A DNA stretch of 64,000 bases from Octopus sinensis (taxonomy: Eukaryota), in assembly GCF_006345805.1 (NCBI RefSeq), contig NC_043018.1, forward strand, positions 17,360,001 through 17,424,000. The letters are read 5' to 3'. The position numbers were made by a program, and so were the translations under genes. Every line of letters starts with the position of its first letter. Position 1 is the stretch's first letter. This document shows, one piece after another, positions 27,651-44,835 of the stretch. The notes beneath the pieces are model-generated. The model searched no databases. It saw nothing but the letters and a program-made list of their open reading frames with translations, and was not told where the DNA came from.

Positions 27651-28036
27651 GGAGGCGCAATGGCCCAGTGGTTAGGGCAGCGGACTCGCGGTCGTAGGAT
27701 CGCGGTTTCAATTCACAGACCGGGCGTTGTCAGTGTTAATTGAACGAAAACACCTAAAAGCTCCACGAGGCTCCGGCAGGGGATGGTGGTGATCCCTGCT
27801 GTACTCTTTCACCACAACTTTCTCTCACTCTTACTTCCTGTTTCTGTGTGTACCTGTATTTCAAAGAGCCGGCCTTGTCACTCTGTGTGTCACGCTGAAT
27901 ATCCCCGAGAACTACGTTAAGGGTACACGTGTCTGTGGAGTGCTCAGCCACTTACACGTTAATTTCACGAGCAGGCTGTGCCGTTGATCGGATCAACCGG
28001 AACCCTCGTCGTCGTAACCGACGGAGTGCTTCCATC
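27651..28036 (+). mobile_element. SINE family A with 12 bp TSD
   Basis: TSD CATTCTAAATTC at 27639-27650 and 28037-28048. Confidence 0.92.
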
Positions 28037-29172
28037 CATTCTAAATTCATCAGGCTCGTGAGTGGTTCTTTTTCTATCGTTCCAATATTCAACATCATTC
28101 TTTTTCAGATTATTTTTAATATGTATATATTCGCCACAAATAAAAATCATGGGAAATGTCTGTTGCTGAGAAATCTACTTGGTGACAGATTCTATGCAAA
28201 TCGGGAGCAGATGGATAGAGAAGCATCGAAATCTAAATTATTCATAACCGTCGGCGCATTACTATAATGCAGATATCTTGGACAACCCCTGAATACAGCC
28301 ATAATTATGTGCTGGTCACAATCCATATGAATTGGCAATCGAGGAAATTATATCACGTTCCTTCGGTATGTAATAATATATTGTATATTGACGGCAAAAT
28401 TATGTTAAGATTGGCCGGTTTTATAGTAGCTCAATATAATATCTAACCATACAAATAATTCCTAAATACTAACAAAAATAAAAATAAAAATAAATAATTG
28501 ATGTCTCTGATTACGAAATAACGCAGCGTCCACTGAAAAAATTCGATCAGCATACAATTTTGCCACATTCATTTAGATTAGCAATAGGAAATATTATACG
28601 AAATACCTGTGTACAAATGGAGAGAAGGTAGTCGTCTTGACAATGACCATCCGGATACTTTCAAATGATAAACACATACAAATAAAATATTCTTTGCATT
28701 TGCATACAGAATTTAAGTAGAAGAAAACATTTGTATTTCTTCCTTGTTTTTTTTTTTAACACGAAACTAAATCGATGCCAGAGGCTAGATGCTTGGCAAA
28801 TTTATACTATCTTGTTCGGTAATGGAAATTGTTGAAACGTAAATCTAAAAATAATAATAATAAATAATGAAATGGGGGAAAATGAAAACACGATCTTGCC
28901 TTTTAAACGATAGAAATCGAAAACAATATTACCACTGTCAGATGATTAGGACAGATTGATGCGGAAATATGTAATTCCATATTTCGAGGCTCAGTTCGTA
29001 TTTTCTACGAGGACCGAGAAAGAAAAAAAAAAACACGGAGAGTAATGTGAATTATCAATGTACATACATATGTACTTGTATATATATATATATTATATAT
29101 ATATATATATAATATATATATATATACATATATATATATAATATATACATATATATATATATATATATACAT

Positions 29173-29239
<67 letters not shown>

Positions 29240-29265
29240 TATATATACATATATATACATATACA

Positions 29266-29301
<36 letters not shown>

Positions 29302-29312
29302 CATATATATTT

Positions 29313-29394
<82 letters not shown>

Positions 29395-29696
29395 ACACAC
29401 TCAAATTTACATACACCCACACGCACAGCTGTATTTATATGTGTGTGTGTATGTGTATATAGATATTTTATTGAGAACGGCGTAAACTAGAGGGACGGAG
29501 AAGATATTTCAAAATTACAAAGCCTTCAGGCGGTGAGCTGGCAGAATCTTTATTTCGCTAGGCAATATGATTATCTGCGTTTCGTCCGTCTTTAAGTTCT
29601 GAGTTCAAATCTCGCCAGGATTAATTTTGTCTTGGCCGAAATTTCTTTTCTGTGTCAACATTTGAACCCAATATTGCAAAGTTTACTGTATGTTTA

Positions 29697-30020
29697 GGAG
29701 CACTCCGTCGGTTGCGACGACGAGGGTCCCAGCTGATACGATCAACGGAACAGTTTTCTCGTGAAATTCACGTGTAAGTGGCTGAGCACTCCACAAACAC
29801 GTGCACCCATAACGTAATTCTCGGGCAGATTCAGCGTGACACAGTGTGTGACAAGGCTGGCCCTTTCAAATACAGGTAGCACTCATTTTCGCCAGCTGAG
29901 TAGAGTGTAGCAACGTGAAGTAAAGTGTCTTGCTCAAGGACACACCGCACCACCGGGGATTGAACTCACGACCTTACGCTCGTGAGCCGACTGCCCCTAA
30001 CCACTAAGCCACGCGCCATC
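29697..30020 (-). mobile_element. SINE family C
   Basis: Reverse complement of the 22349 type. Confidence 0.85.
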
Positions 30021-30091
30021 ACATTCATATTACATTCACATTTACATTCATATTGAACTGTATGTTTAATATGAATGTAAATACAATTTGT

Positions 30092-30472
30092 GGAGGCGCA
30101 ATGGCCCAGTGGTTAGGGCAGCAGACTCGCGGTCACAGGATCGCGGTTTCGATTACCAGACCGGGCGTTGGGAGTGTTTATTGAGCGAAAACACCTAAAA
30201 GTTCCACGAGGCTCCGGCAGGGATGGTGGTGATCCCTGCTGTACACTTTCACCACAACTTTCTCTCACTCTTACTTCCTATTTCTGTTGTACCTGTATTT
30301 CAAAGGGCCGGCCTTGTCACTCTCTGTGTCATGCTGAATATCCCCGAGAACTACGTTAAGGGTGCACGTGTCTGTGGAGTGCTCAGCCACTTACACGTTA
30401 ATTTCACAAGCAGGCTGTCCCGTTGATCGGATCAACCGGTACCCTCGTCTTCGTAACCGACGGAGTGCTTCC
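30092..30472 (+). mobile_element. SINE family A
   Basis: Same head and body; diagnostic head variants GCAGCAGAC, CACAGG, ATTACC, GTTGGG. Confidence 0.9.
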
Positions 30473-30516
30473 ACATAATCTGTATAGTATTGGATAATAT
30501 GAATACATATATATAC

Positions 30517-30556
<40 letters not shown>

Positions 30557-30583
30557 CATATATATATATATAGATATATATAT

Positions 30584-30634
<51 letters not shown>

Positions 30635-30635
30635 C

Positions 30636-30693
<58 letters not shown>

Positions 30694-30735
30694 CATATAT
30701 ATATATATTTATATATATATATATATATATATACA

Positions 30736-30767
<32 letters not shown>

Positions 30768-30780
30768 CATATATATAAAT

Positions 30781-31760
30781 AGGATCAGAATTTATACTGG
30801 AACAAGGCCACCAGTTCACCATTAGAACAACTTCACCTGCGCATCAGAAACTTAATTTACGTCATAACATGCGCAGGCTGCAATAGGCAGTATATAGGCC
30901 ATACAAAAAATAGCTTACGTAACAGATGGCGGTGCATAAATCACAAATTAGAAACCCTGATTACCGGAAAATACCGGTCAGCGGACACGTAGATAGATGT
31001 GCTGGAAATGTAAATCCGAAATTTACAACTACCCGCTCTATAAATTCAGTGATAACGCAACCTTCACGCAACGCCAAAATAAAGAACTGTATTTCATAAA
31101 AAATATAGACCAAGTTTAAACACCCTGGGCCAGGAATATTAAAACAAGATAGGTCCTCCGAAAAGGAGAAGCAAAATTCCACCACGGCCGCTACCTTAAA
31201 CAGTCACTCGCACTGACGGAAATATGCCTTAGGAAAAAAGGAAAAAAATTTATAAAAAGATTTCTTCGTACAAATCTACCCTGATGGACTGACCACATAC
31301 GATACAGCTAAGGGTCAGACCCGATTCTGATTGTCACACTTTGATAACGTCTAGTTCTGCTAGACTGGACAGGATACAGACAAGGGGCAGAGATTAGTCA
31401 GAATTTTGATGACGTCCTTTTCTGCTTGACTAGTCCCTAACAAGATACAGACAAGGGGCGATCTAATACAGCTATAAGTCGTGATTGGTCAGAATTTTGA
31501 TGACGTCCCATTCTGCTTGACTAAGCCACCTAAGGAAACGATTGGTCAAAACAGGATACAGACAAGAGGCAGTTATAATACAGCGATAGGTCACGATTGG
31601 TCAGAATGTTGATGACTCCCGTTCTGCTTGACTAAGCCACTAACGAAACGATTGGTCAAACGTTGATGACGTCACGCTACGCTGGACTGACCATCTAACA
31701 GGTGTTATAAAACCCGAACAATTCACAAGATTCGCCAGAATCAATCCAGCGAACACCCAC
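30781..31760 (+). mobile_element. Penelope-like element 3' remnant: GIY-YIG endonuclease plus pLTR-like region
   Basis: Translation with frameshifts: RNLIYVITCAGCNRQYIGHTKNSLRNR..HKSQIRNPDYRKIPVSGHVDRCAGN...RQNKELYFIKKYRPSLN. Followed by an internally repeated regulatory-like region. Confidence 0.8.
31370..31715 (+). promoter_or_regulatory. multimerised CCAAT/CRE module with TATA box
   Basis: ATTGG at 31484, 31541, 31596 and 31651; TGACGTC at 31410 and 31501; perfect TGACGTCA at 31667-31674; TATAAAA at 31706-31712. All lie within imperfect tandem repeats. Confidence 0.55.
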
Positions 31761-32123
31761 CATTAGTCATCACAGTTGCTCAAGGTAAAATGAAATCCTC
31801 GCTCTTTCAGGAACATCAATTTTTTATATTGACTGCATTCCACCACTTTGATCTATTTTTTATATATCACCACCACGAACCACTGCATCATACACTTTAA
31901 ACATATAGCATGAACGAACTCACTTCAAACTATATATGAACTTTATGATGTCTGACTCCATTGTGTATTATAAATGATTTTCTTATATTTGATAGCATGA
32001 ACTATCTTTTTTATATATAACTTTTTTTGATAAGGTTCATTTCAGGAACTGAAACATGTTATAATTATATATAAAAAAATAAAATTGTATAATACAGCAG
32101 CATTTTCGAACTTCATTTTTTAC

Positions 32124-32157
<34 letters not shown>

Positions 32158-33268
32158 GTATATATATATATATATAATATATACATATACATACATACAT
32201 ACTCATACATAGACACGGGCGCATAATCACGAACACGCACACACACATAAATACTTCTTCGTGTCAGTGTTTAAATTTGTTGCGTGCGTATAACAGACAA
32301 GAATGTGAATGAACTTAAGAATTGTTTACTGATCAGATTACTGTTTAAACTACAAATCTATCTTTGCTGCGTCTTTTACGCCTCTGTATGTTTCTTAGCT
32401 TGGAGGATGGTCGTTTTGGCTCTATACCTAAATATTTCTAAAATGATTTATTCACGTAGAATGAAAAAAAAAACAACATTGGATTATGCATATATATTTA
32501 ATGAACTTACTACTTTAAACATAACCGAGGAAAGTGAGTTTTAAACAGAAACAGTATCCGTAATATGTTAAGAATTATGTATTCGTTGTAGAGTAGTTAA
32601 AATATACAAGTTTTAACTTTTTCTCTGATTCAAGCATCCACAGAGGAACTCAAGGCATAAACACAGCCATTATTGATAAAGCGGAAATATTTACATAAAA
32701 TTCATTTGAATATTTTGACTTTTGGCGTCTTGCCTCCAATAAGCAGTGCACGTTACTGTCATTTCTGGGGGGGGGGGGGTTCGTTGATATTTTGGCTAGT
32801 TGGTTCCGTTGATGTAATGCCATGCTGAAAAATACTAACGGGATTGACAGCATAAAAGAAATGTACATAAACTCTGCTTGATACAGACCACATTGTTTTG
32901 ATTTACAATTCTTTTGTTGCAATTCTTTTAAAAATAGAAACTCAAATGTTACCTAAAATCTATTGTATACATTTATTCTTTTCTTTTAAACTTTTAATTG
33001 TTTTACAAATTTTAAGTGGTTAGCAATCATGCTGGTGGATCGCGTGTAAGGATCAGTGGATCAAACCAAACATTGCTCTTATTTGGCATTTGTACCATCG
33101 TCATCTTCTTGTCGAAACATTGCTAGAATATTTTTTGGGATAAAAATAATACGTAGGGTATAAAACAAAAAGTATCTCTACTCGATTCTATATTTATGAG
33201 AAAAAATATTTGCACACAAAAAAAGTGTAATTATATGGTTGTTAAAATTTTCTATTTTAGATTGAATT

Positions 33269-33433
33269 AGTGGCTGTGTGGTAAGTAGCTTGCTAACCAA
33301 CCACATGGTTGCGGGTTCGGTCCCACTGCGTGGCATCTTGGGCAAGTGTCTTCTGCTATAGCCCCGGGCCGCCCAATGCCTTGTGAGTGGATTTGGTAGA
33401 CGGAAACTGAAAGAAGACTGTCGTATATATGTG

Positions 33434-33468
<35 letters not shown>

Positions 33469-33680
33469 TTGTGTGTCTGTGTTTGTCCCCCTAGCATTGC
33501 TTGACAACCGATGCTGGTGTGTTTACGTCCCCATCACTTAGCGGTTCGGCAAAAGAGACCGATAGAATAAGTACTGGGCTTATAAAGAATAAGTCCCGGG
33601 GTCGATTGACTCGACTAAAGGTGGTGCTCCAGCATGACCGCAGTCAAATGACTGAAACAAGTAAAAGAGTAAAAGAGTAA
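33269..33680 (+). mobile_element. SINE family D
   Basis: Same structure as the 15221 copy. Confidence 0.9.
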
Positions 33681-34622
33681 CTAGTGTGGAAGTACCATGA
33701 TATCTTTATATAGTTCTGTCCCTTCAACATTATATTGTAAATGACTTGCAAACGCCTTTTTCTGAATAAGTATGATTTTTCCTCCTGTGATCTAAATTTA
33801 TATGACATGAGATTGGAGTATAGTATTCACAATCGTTGATTTTTATGTTCGAATCCTATGAGGTGGAGGAGCACCTTGTGCATTGGTGTTTAACTTTTCA
33901 TTTCTCTCTGTTCCAGTCCCCTAAGCTAAAACTGAGTACCAGCAGGAGGGGGAAATGTTTTGCTTCCGAGAGACCAGCGTTCGATTCAGAGGACAACTTT
34001 ATAACCTCAGTCACGTAAACGCCGTCTTTAGATCTTACACGGGTCGATTTAATTCATATAAAACCCCAATCAATATTGAGAGAGTACTGCATTGGTAAAA
34101 GTGTAAACTCTGCAAGCTACGAGTGTGTCAACAGTTGCTTAATTTCCCAATGATATTTAGAATGGTTATAACTGCTTCGAATAAATCGATTGTCTTCAAT
34201 CAGCTAAGATGTTATAGAGATTGCCTCCAAACAGATAATGAAGAAAATTGATTGGGTGACATTTAAATGGTAAATTGCCCATAGAAAATAATTTTGCTTA
34301 CTTTAATGATTATCAATTAAACATATACCATTACTCTATATATTCGAGAATGTTAAGCAAATTATTGTTCCTTGATACAAGAAAAATTACGTTACTTCTT
34401 TTTATTAGAGAGACCGAAAAGAGCAACGGAATCAAAGACTAATTGAATAATCACCAGTATGGCAAATTTCATTATCTTCAGAAAGGAAATGCGAGGAGAA
34501 GAGCGAAAAAAAGGTAAATAAGCAGACTGGAAGACGAAGTCGGTGGAGCTGAAGTAAAATGTCAAAAATTTATTCTGAAGATACGCAAAATGGGCTTATT
34601 TACTGGATATTATATTTGATAT

Positions 34623-34933
34623 GTGGAGGCGCAATGGTCCAGTGGTTAGGGCAGCGGACTCGCGGTTGTAGGGTCGCGGTTTCGATTCGCAGACCGGGCG
34701 TTGTGAGTGTTTATTGAGCGAAAACACCTAAAACGCTCCACGAGGCTCCTGTAGGGGGTGGTGATCCCTGCTGTATCACTATTTTCACCACTATTTCTCT
34801 CTCTCTTTCTTCTGTTGGCCTGCTCGCTTAGCCAGCGGGGTGGCGTCATTCGAAGGCTAAAATAATGCGAACGCATTGTGACCAGCGATGTGTATCTACA
34901 TCTGATGGACTGGTCGGTCACGTGATCACGCTG
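34623..34933 (+). mobile_element. SINE with family A head and alternative 3' body (family B), 11 bp TSD
   Basis: 3' body TTGGCCTGCTCGCTTAGCCAGCGGGGTGGCG...; TSD ATATTTGATAT at 34612-34622 and 34934-34944. Confidence 0.88.
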
Positions 34934-35439
34934 ATATTTGATATATATTGTAGAGTGATCAATGCAATAAATAATTAACTAATTTAGAATTATTCTTTTC
35001 GTTTTTGGTATAAAATTAGCGTTTGGAGATCAACACAAAAGAAAGTGAAGTTGTATTTTCGGAAGTCTAATATCATAATGTTAGAGAAGATATGATGAGT
35101 TTATTCTGCTGAGATAATTATCGGAAACAGATGCTTTTGCAGAATTGGTTTTAAATAGTGTGACTTGATCATTTCAGCCTCATCTTTGTGATTAATTTGA
35201 CATTAGAATACAAAATCGATACAATCGATTTTGCTTAGACATCGTAAATGAAACTTTTATCCAGTTTTCGGAATCTTACCTGACCGGATTGGTAAGGTGT
35301 TAGTTCATGATGCCAAAGACCTCTAGCTCGTATCCCTCACAGAGCACTATGATATATCGCAGGTTTTTCATCGAGGTACGACAGAATGTACACCGGAAAA
35401 GATCCTGCTAATAAAGTAATCAATCTGCGTAGCTTTTCA

Positions 35440-35675
35440 CACACAAAAGGCCTTTTGCGTTGGATGGGTTCTTCGACCAGAAGACAATTCTAACTGGAAC
35501 CCACCTGCAAGGTCATGTGCTGTTTATCTTGATATGAGATCACCATGTCGCGCACATATGGTTCTGATGCACGTGCCTAGTGTACCCTTATCAGACGAGT
35601 AGTCATCATGGGTGTACTGGGCTTCGTATATTTTATCCCAGTGTCACTTTGATGGCATGCACTGCTCTCTCACTC

Positions 35676-35720
<45 letters not shown>

Positions 35721-35745
35721 AAGAATAAGAATAATAATAACAAGG
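35440..35745 (+). mobile_element. retroelement 3' end with (TAA)n tail
   Basis: GC-richer segment ending CACTGCTCTCTCACTC-(AAT)n; duplicated at about 40240-40545. Family not determined. Confidence 0.55.
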
Positions 35746-35759
35746 AGGAGGAGGAGAAG

Positions 35760-36170
35760 ATAGCGCCAATAATTTAAAAATACATAAGACACTCTCTGAA
35801 TAAATGGCAGACAGTGCTACATCTCCAAACAAAAGAGGGATTCGTGAAAACCAATGCCATCCCCATTAGAAGAGGTATATTCCAGGAAGACAAGCTCTCT
35901 CCATCCTGTTCTGTTTGGCACTGACAACTCTAACTCAGATGCTAAATAGAACTGGATGCGGATAGAAATGGTACAGCAAAACAATCAGCCACCTTTTCTA
36001 TACGGATGACTGAAACCTATACGCTACAACAGATAAATAGCTGGAAATTCCCACCGAATGTACATGGATTTACCAAAGAAATATATATGAAATTTGGATT
36101 AGAAGAATGTGCCAAAGCAACCCTGAAAAGAGGAAAACTCGTTAAGAGGAGCAACATCTTTTCCAAAACA
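35760..36170 (+). mobile_element. R4/Dong-like reverse transcriptase fragment
   Basis: Translation with frameshifts: IPIRRGIFQEDKLSP-LFCLALTTLTQMLNRTGCG...TISHLFYTDDxKLY...MKFGLEECAKATLKRGKL. Confidence 0.85.
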
Positions 36171-36344
36171 AAAATGCGTGATCGGACTAAACTAAACGTT
36201 CATATGAAACAACTAGAAACAATTACCATAAGTTAATGAATGGCAATATCGCCAATATTTCCTAAAACACATTAGAAAAAATAAAGACTACTTAAACCGT
36301 CACGATAAACGTTAAAGAAAGGTAACTTTAGAATATGTACGAGC

Positions 36345-37028
<684 letters not shown>

Positions 37029-37033
37029 TTGTA

Positions 37034-39539
<2,506 letters not shown>

Positions 39540-39560
<21 letters not shown>

Positions 39561-40466
39561 AGTGGGTGGTGATCCCTGCTGTATTCTTTCTCTCACTCTT
39601 TCTTTTGTTGGCCTGCTCGCTTAGCCAGCGGGGTGGCGTCATTCGAAGGCTAAAATAATGCGAACGCATTGTGACCAGCGATGTGTATCTACATCTGATG
39701 GACTGGTCGGTCACGTGATCACGTGATATTTGATATATATTGTAGAGTGATCAATGCAATAAATAATTAACTAATTTAGAATTATTCTTTTCTTTTTTGG
39801 TATACAACTAGCGTTTAGAGATCCACACAAAGAAAGTGAAGTTGTATTTTCTGAAGTCTAATAGCATAATGTTAGAGGGGAGGTGATGCGTTTATTCTGG
39901 TGAGATAATTATCGGAAGCAGATGCTTTTGCAGAATTGGTTTTAAATAGTGTGACTTGATCATTTCAGCCTCATCTTTGTGATTAATTTTACATTAGAAT
40001 ACAAAATCGATACAATCGATTTTGCTTAGACATCGTAAATTAAACTTTTATCCAGTTTTCGGAATCTTACCTGACCGGATTAGTAAGGTGTTAGTTCATG
40101 ATGCCAAAGACCTCTAGCTCGTATTCCTCACGGAGCACAATGATATATCGCAGGCTTTTTATCGAGATACGACAGAATGTACACCGGAAAAGATCCTGCT
40201 AATAAAGTATTCAATCTGCGTAGCCTTTCACACACAAAAGGCCTTTTGCGTTGGATGGGTTCCTCGACCAGAAGACAATTCTAACTGGAACCCACCTGCA
40301 AGGTCATGTGCTGTTTATCTTGATATGAGATCACCAAGTCGCGCACATATGGTTGTGATGCATGTGCCTAGTGTACCCTTATCAGACGAGTAATCATGAT
40401 GGGTATACTGGGCTTCGTATATTTTATCCCAGTGTCACTTTGATGGCATGCACTGCTCTCTCACTC

Positions 40467-40508
<42 letters not shown>

Positions 40509-41145
40509 AAGAATAAGAATAATAATAACAAGGAGGAGGAGGAGAAGATAGCACCAATAATTTTAAAATACATAAAACACTCTCTGAATAAATGGCAGAC
40601 AGTGCTACATCTCCAAACAAAAGAGGGACTTGTGAAAACCAATGCCATCCACATTAGAAGAGGTATATTCCAGGAAGACACGCTCTCTCCATCATTTTCT
40701 GTTTGGCACTGACACCTCTAACTGAGATGCTAAATAGAACTGCATGCGGATACAAATGGTACGGCAAAACAATCAGCCACCTGTTCTATACGGATGACTG
40801 AAACCTATACGCTACAACTGATAAACAGCTGGAAATTCCCATCGACAGTACATGGATTTACCAAAGAAATACATATGAAATTTGGATTAGAAGAATGTAC
40901 CAAAGCAACCTTGAAAAGAGGAAAACTCATTAAGAGTAGCAACATCTTTTCCAAAACAAAAATGCCTGATCGGACTGAACCAAACGTTCATATGAAACAA
41001 CTAGAAACAAATACCATATGTTAATGAATGGCAATATCGCCAATGTTTCCTAAAACACATTAGAAAAAAAATAATGACTCCTTAAACCGTCACGATAAAC
41101 GTTAAAGAAAGGTAACTTTAGAATATGTACGAGCATATATATATA
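39540..41145 (+). repeat. segmental duplication block B, copy 2 (includes the R4-like RT fragment 40550-40960)
   Basis: Collinear with 34740-36350. Confidence 0.93.
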
Positions 41146-43313
41146 TTTACTAATAATTATGTGTCATTAAATTTTCAGAACGCGAAATATTACTGTTTTC
41201 TAGATTAATTTACGTTAACATTTCTTTCTTATAAATGTAAAATTGCTTTTAACTATTAAAGTAAAGAAAGAAATAACATTAAGAAATTAAGTTTGCATTT
41301 TCATCAATGACAATTAAATAGTGGCGAAGAATGCTCAATGAAATCAAAGAAAAACAAAAGCGACAACTTAAGAAATCCAAATAAACCATATTTGGTATGG
41401 TTCGATCCGTGAGTGACCCAATTGCAATTTCAAACATCATTTTGCTATATGTAGTAGAAAGATTATGGTGAGTTATATCGCCCTCAGTTGCATTTAATGT
41501 TCGGTGGTTGTTGGTGGGCATAATTCGTAACATAATACAGTGCTGGCTATGGAATATAAATTATAGGCATTGGTATCTGCTTGTTGTGTCTTGTTCTGAG
41601 ACTGGTGCTGTACTAGTATGGAAATTCCCTCTCTATATCTTCCCATAGAACTGGCGAAATTGCCACGTAATATGAAATATTTACTTTATAATTAAAACCA
41701 TTGCTAGCCTCCTCGTAAATATGCTGCCTGCCGTTTGTAGTCCGAACTTCAGAGAGTCAACTACAATTATCGGTTCATACAATTGCTTTCCATTTATATA
41801 GTGTAATGGTTCGTTACATTTGCACATGTCTCTTTTCAAAAGAATGCACACTCCGGTCTGAACATTCAAAATAACAGATCCACATATAATCAGCGCTTAC
41901 AAGTACAATAACAGCAAGTACATGGCTGATAATACTAAGATTAATAATAATTTAATGCCACAGATCTGTATCGGTTCCAATATTGAAACTTCATTTTCTA
42001 GACTAATCATCCGTGAAACAATCTCATAGATATGTCGGTTTCCTTGATCTCCAAATCTTCTGCGACATTCAGCTAAAGATAGATGGTGTCGACCACTGCC
42101 AGATTTGCTTAACGAGACGTGATTTTGTGCTTATGTTACAAGTGTTTGAATATTATGTTTATTTTAACTTTGCTTGAATTATCTTCACATCTATTAATAC
42201 TTCCAAGAAACGAATTAACTGAAGTATAGATTTATAAAAAGCAGCATCATTAAATTGGTTATTGTTAGCATCGTATAATATAAACTGGTTCTCACAAGGA
42301 ATTTCTATAGAATTTTTGATTTCCATATCTTAATTCACATTACATTTCTATTTATTGTGAGGTACAACAAAGACTAAGAAATAATGAAAAATTTGAAAGG
42401 CGAAAATTTATTCGCGAAGATAAGACTCAACATTAGTAATTCCACGGGCCCTGTTTCAGGGGTCACTGATATTAATTGTATTAGCTTTGACATATCTACG
42501 AGAATCTGGAAAACAAAATCGTTCTAGGCAGGAATTCGAAGCCAGTGTATGTCTGAAATGTTCATTGATGTTTCTATATGCCACTTCTAAATACAAATAG
42601 AAGGGAATGTATATAATAATTTGCATGTTCGTTCTCCTGTTAGTTAGAGAGGGGAGGAGTGTGAATAGAGAAGAAAGACGTGAGGAAGAAGTAGAGAAAG
42701 ATATATAATAAGGCCAAATGTATCATACGGTTAGTTGAAGGGAGATGTCTGTTAATGACGAATATCATATTTATAACATACATTATCAAAATACCAGATA
42801 TGAGGCGTAATAAAGTATATTAATAGGAATCAACAATTTGCGTAAGAATATATTCTGGATGTTGTCAGTGAAATATAAAGTTGACTTCAGGCAAAAAATT
42901 AGTTTTGAAAGATTCAACATTTTACCGGCTAAATACTTTGCAATTCATCTGTAAAAAGCAACGCCCATTCTAATTATCATCATTATTATTATTATTATTG
43001 CTGTTGTTGTTGTTGGTGTTGTTGTTGTTGTTGTTGCTGTTGTTGTTGTCATCGTCGTCGTTATTACTATTACGTCAACGTCTACGTAGTAGTAGTTGTC
43101 GCAGCAGTATTAGTAGTAGTTACAGTTGTAGTAGAAGTAGTAAAACAAATATATATATCTATATATATATATATATATATATATATTATGTATATATATA
43201 CATATATATTATATACATATGTATATATACATATATATACATATATATACATATATATATATATATAATATACGTATACTTAAATGTAGATACATACGTT
43301 GCATACACACACG

Positions 43314-43349
<36 letters not shown>

Positions 43350-43380
43350 CAAACATACACACATGCATACGATGTACATT

Positions 43381-43432
<52 letters not shown>

Positions 43433-43940
43433 AACAAACACACACATCATTATTTCAAAATGTACTTTACCTCGTATGTGAAAGGCTACGCAGATTGATT
43501 ACTTTATTAGACTGATTTTACATTTTAGCTTTATTTTCTACCTAATCCAGTACTGTTTACATAGTTGAATGTTATTTGCATCTAGGCCACTCATATTTTC
43601 GATTTTTTCCTGTAGAAATCGCTGCTAGAATCATGCAAACAGGATTAAGTTACATCAAGTGGATTTTGTTATTGCTTGAGAGATGAATTTTAAATTTCAA
43701 ATCAAGAAAGTAAAATATTAAAAAAGCAAAATTAAATGTTTTAGTTTACAAAATACCAAAACAGCCATTCTCACACATATATACATGTTTATATGTCAGT
43801 TGGTTTTAGCATTCATATCAGCGGGTGTCTATGCAATCACATATTTACACATTTGAATATATGCACATGTATATACCTTTTTATTCATGTGTATACCTAT
43901 ATGTATATATATATATGTGTGTATGTATATTATTATATAC

Positions 43941-43973
<33 letters not shown>

Positions 43974-44434
43974 TTATATATAATATATATATATATATAG
44001 TATATATATATATAAACATTACATATGTGTATATATGTAGGTATACGCGCCTATATACACAATTTCCAGCATAATTATGTTATAACTTTTTTTAAAAATT
44101 GCAATTTCTTTTCATAAACGAGTAATAATTTTTGTAGAATTACAGAGTTATTTGCTTTATAACACTTTCATGTACGTCGACTAGACGCTTCTTGGAGCTT
44201 TTCGTATCCGTATAATCGATAAAACATATACAAGACGTAAAACAAAAAAACGCTCTGTTTGGAATATTGGAATAGATATGATAAACAAGTCATCAATTGT
44301 TTTATAAAATCTGTAAAAACCATAGAAAAGCATTTCGTTCATAAAGGAGATCGTTCTCTCCGCATTCCTGGTTCAAATTGCTTTGAGCTTTACTATTGAA
44401 AACTGATGTTTAGAAACGCCGTATCCGTTTTATA

Positions 44435-44835
44435 TCTTTATATATAAAAGTGAAGTTGTGTGAGTGTCTGTCTCCTCCGATTTAGATTCCTAACTACTCC
44501 CACATTTTGCGGTGCAGTTTAACCAAAACCGGGTATCTTGTAGTCGTGATTCATATCGAGCCCTTCAGGGTATTAGCGCGCGTCTACGATGAGTCTACGA
44601 TTAAAAAAAAAAATATCACCATTTTTTTCCATTTTAATGCATTTTGTTCGTTATTATATAAGGGAAGTAAATCTCTAAAAATGTCTACGATGAGTCCACG
44701 ATTTAAAAATAAAATACCATCATTTTCTTTCCATTTTTAATGCATTTTTTTGCTATTGTTTGGCTATAACACTCTAAAAATGCTTATATAATTATTCCCC
44801 TTACAAACCCGAGCAACGCCGGGCGATACTGCTAG
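44435..44835 (+). mobile_element. non-autonomous Helitron
   Basis: 5' TC(TTTATATATAAAAG); 3' hairpin CCCG-AGCAACGC-CGGG (44808-44823) followed by CTAG; inserted between A and T; internal imperfect duplication (GTCTACGATGAGTC...). Confidence 0.8.

Larger units (their letters stand above)
27651..30230 (+). repeat. segmental duplication block A, copy 1
   Basis: Collinear and nearly identical to about 37034-39560, including unique sequence, a (TA)n tract and the SINE C and E fragments. Confidence 0.95.

Noticed and set aside
31278-31330. Possible hammerhead in the PLE 3' region (CTGATGGA...CTGACC/GGTCAG stem)
   Set aside because: No GAAA after the stem and no stem I pairing; at best a decayed relic.
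31370-31700. CRISPR-like repeat array
   Set aside because: The repeats are imperfect and variable in length, there are no unique spacers or cas genes, and the DNA is eukaryotic.
41279-42110. GPCR-like fragments (minus strand NLAVVDTIYL and LVSADYMWICY; plus strand CSPNFRE)
   Set aside because: The motifs are short, lie in different frames or strands with many stops, and the TM2-TM3 spacing is too long. Not supportable without a profile search.
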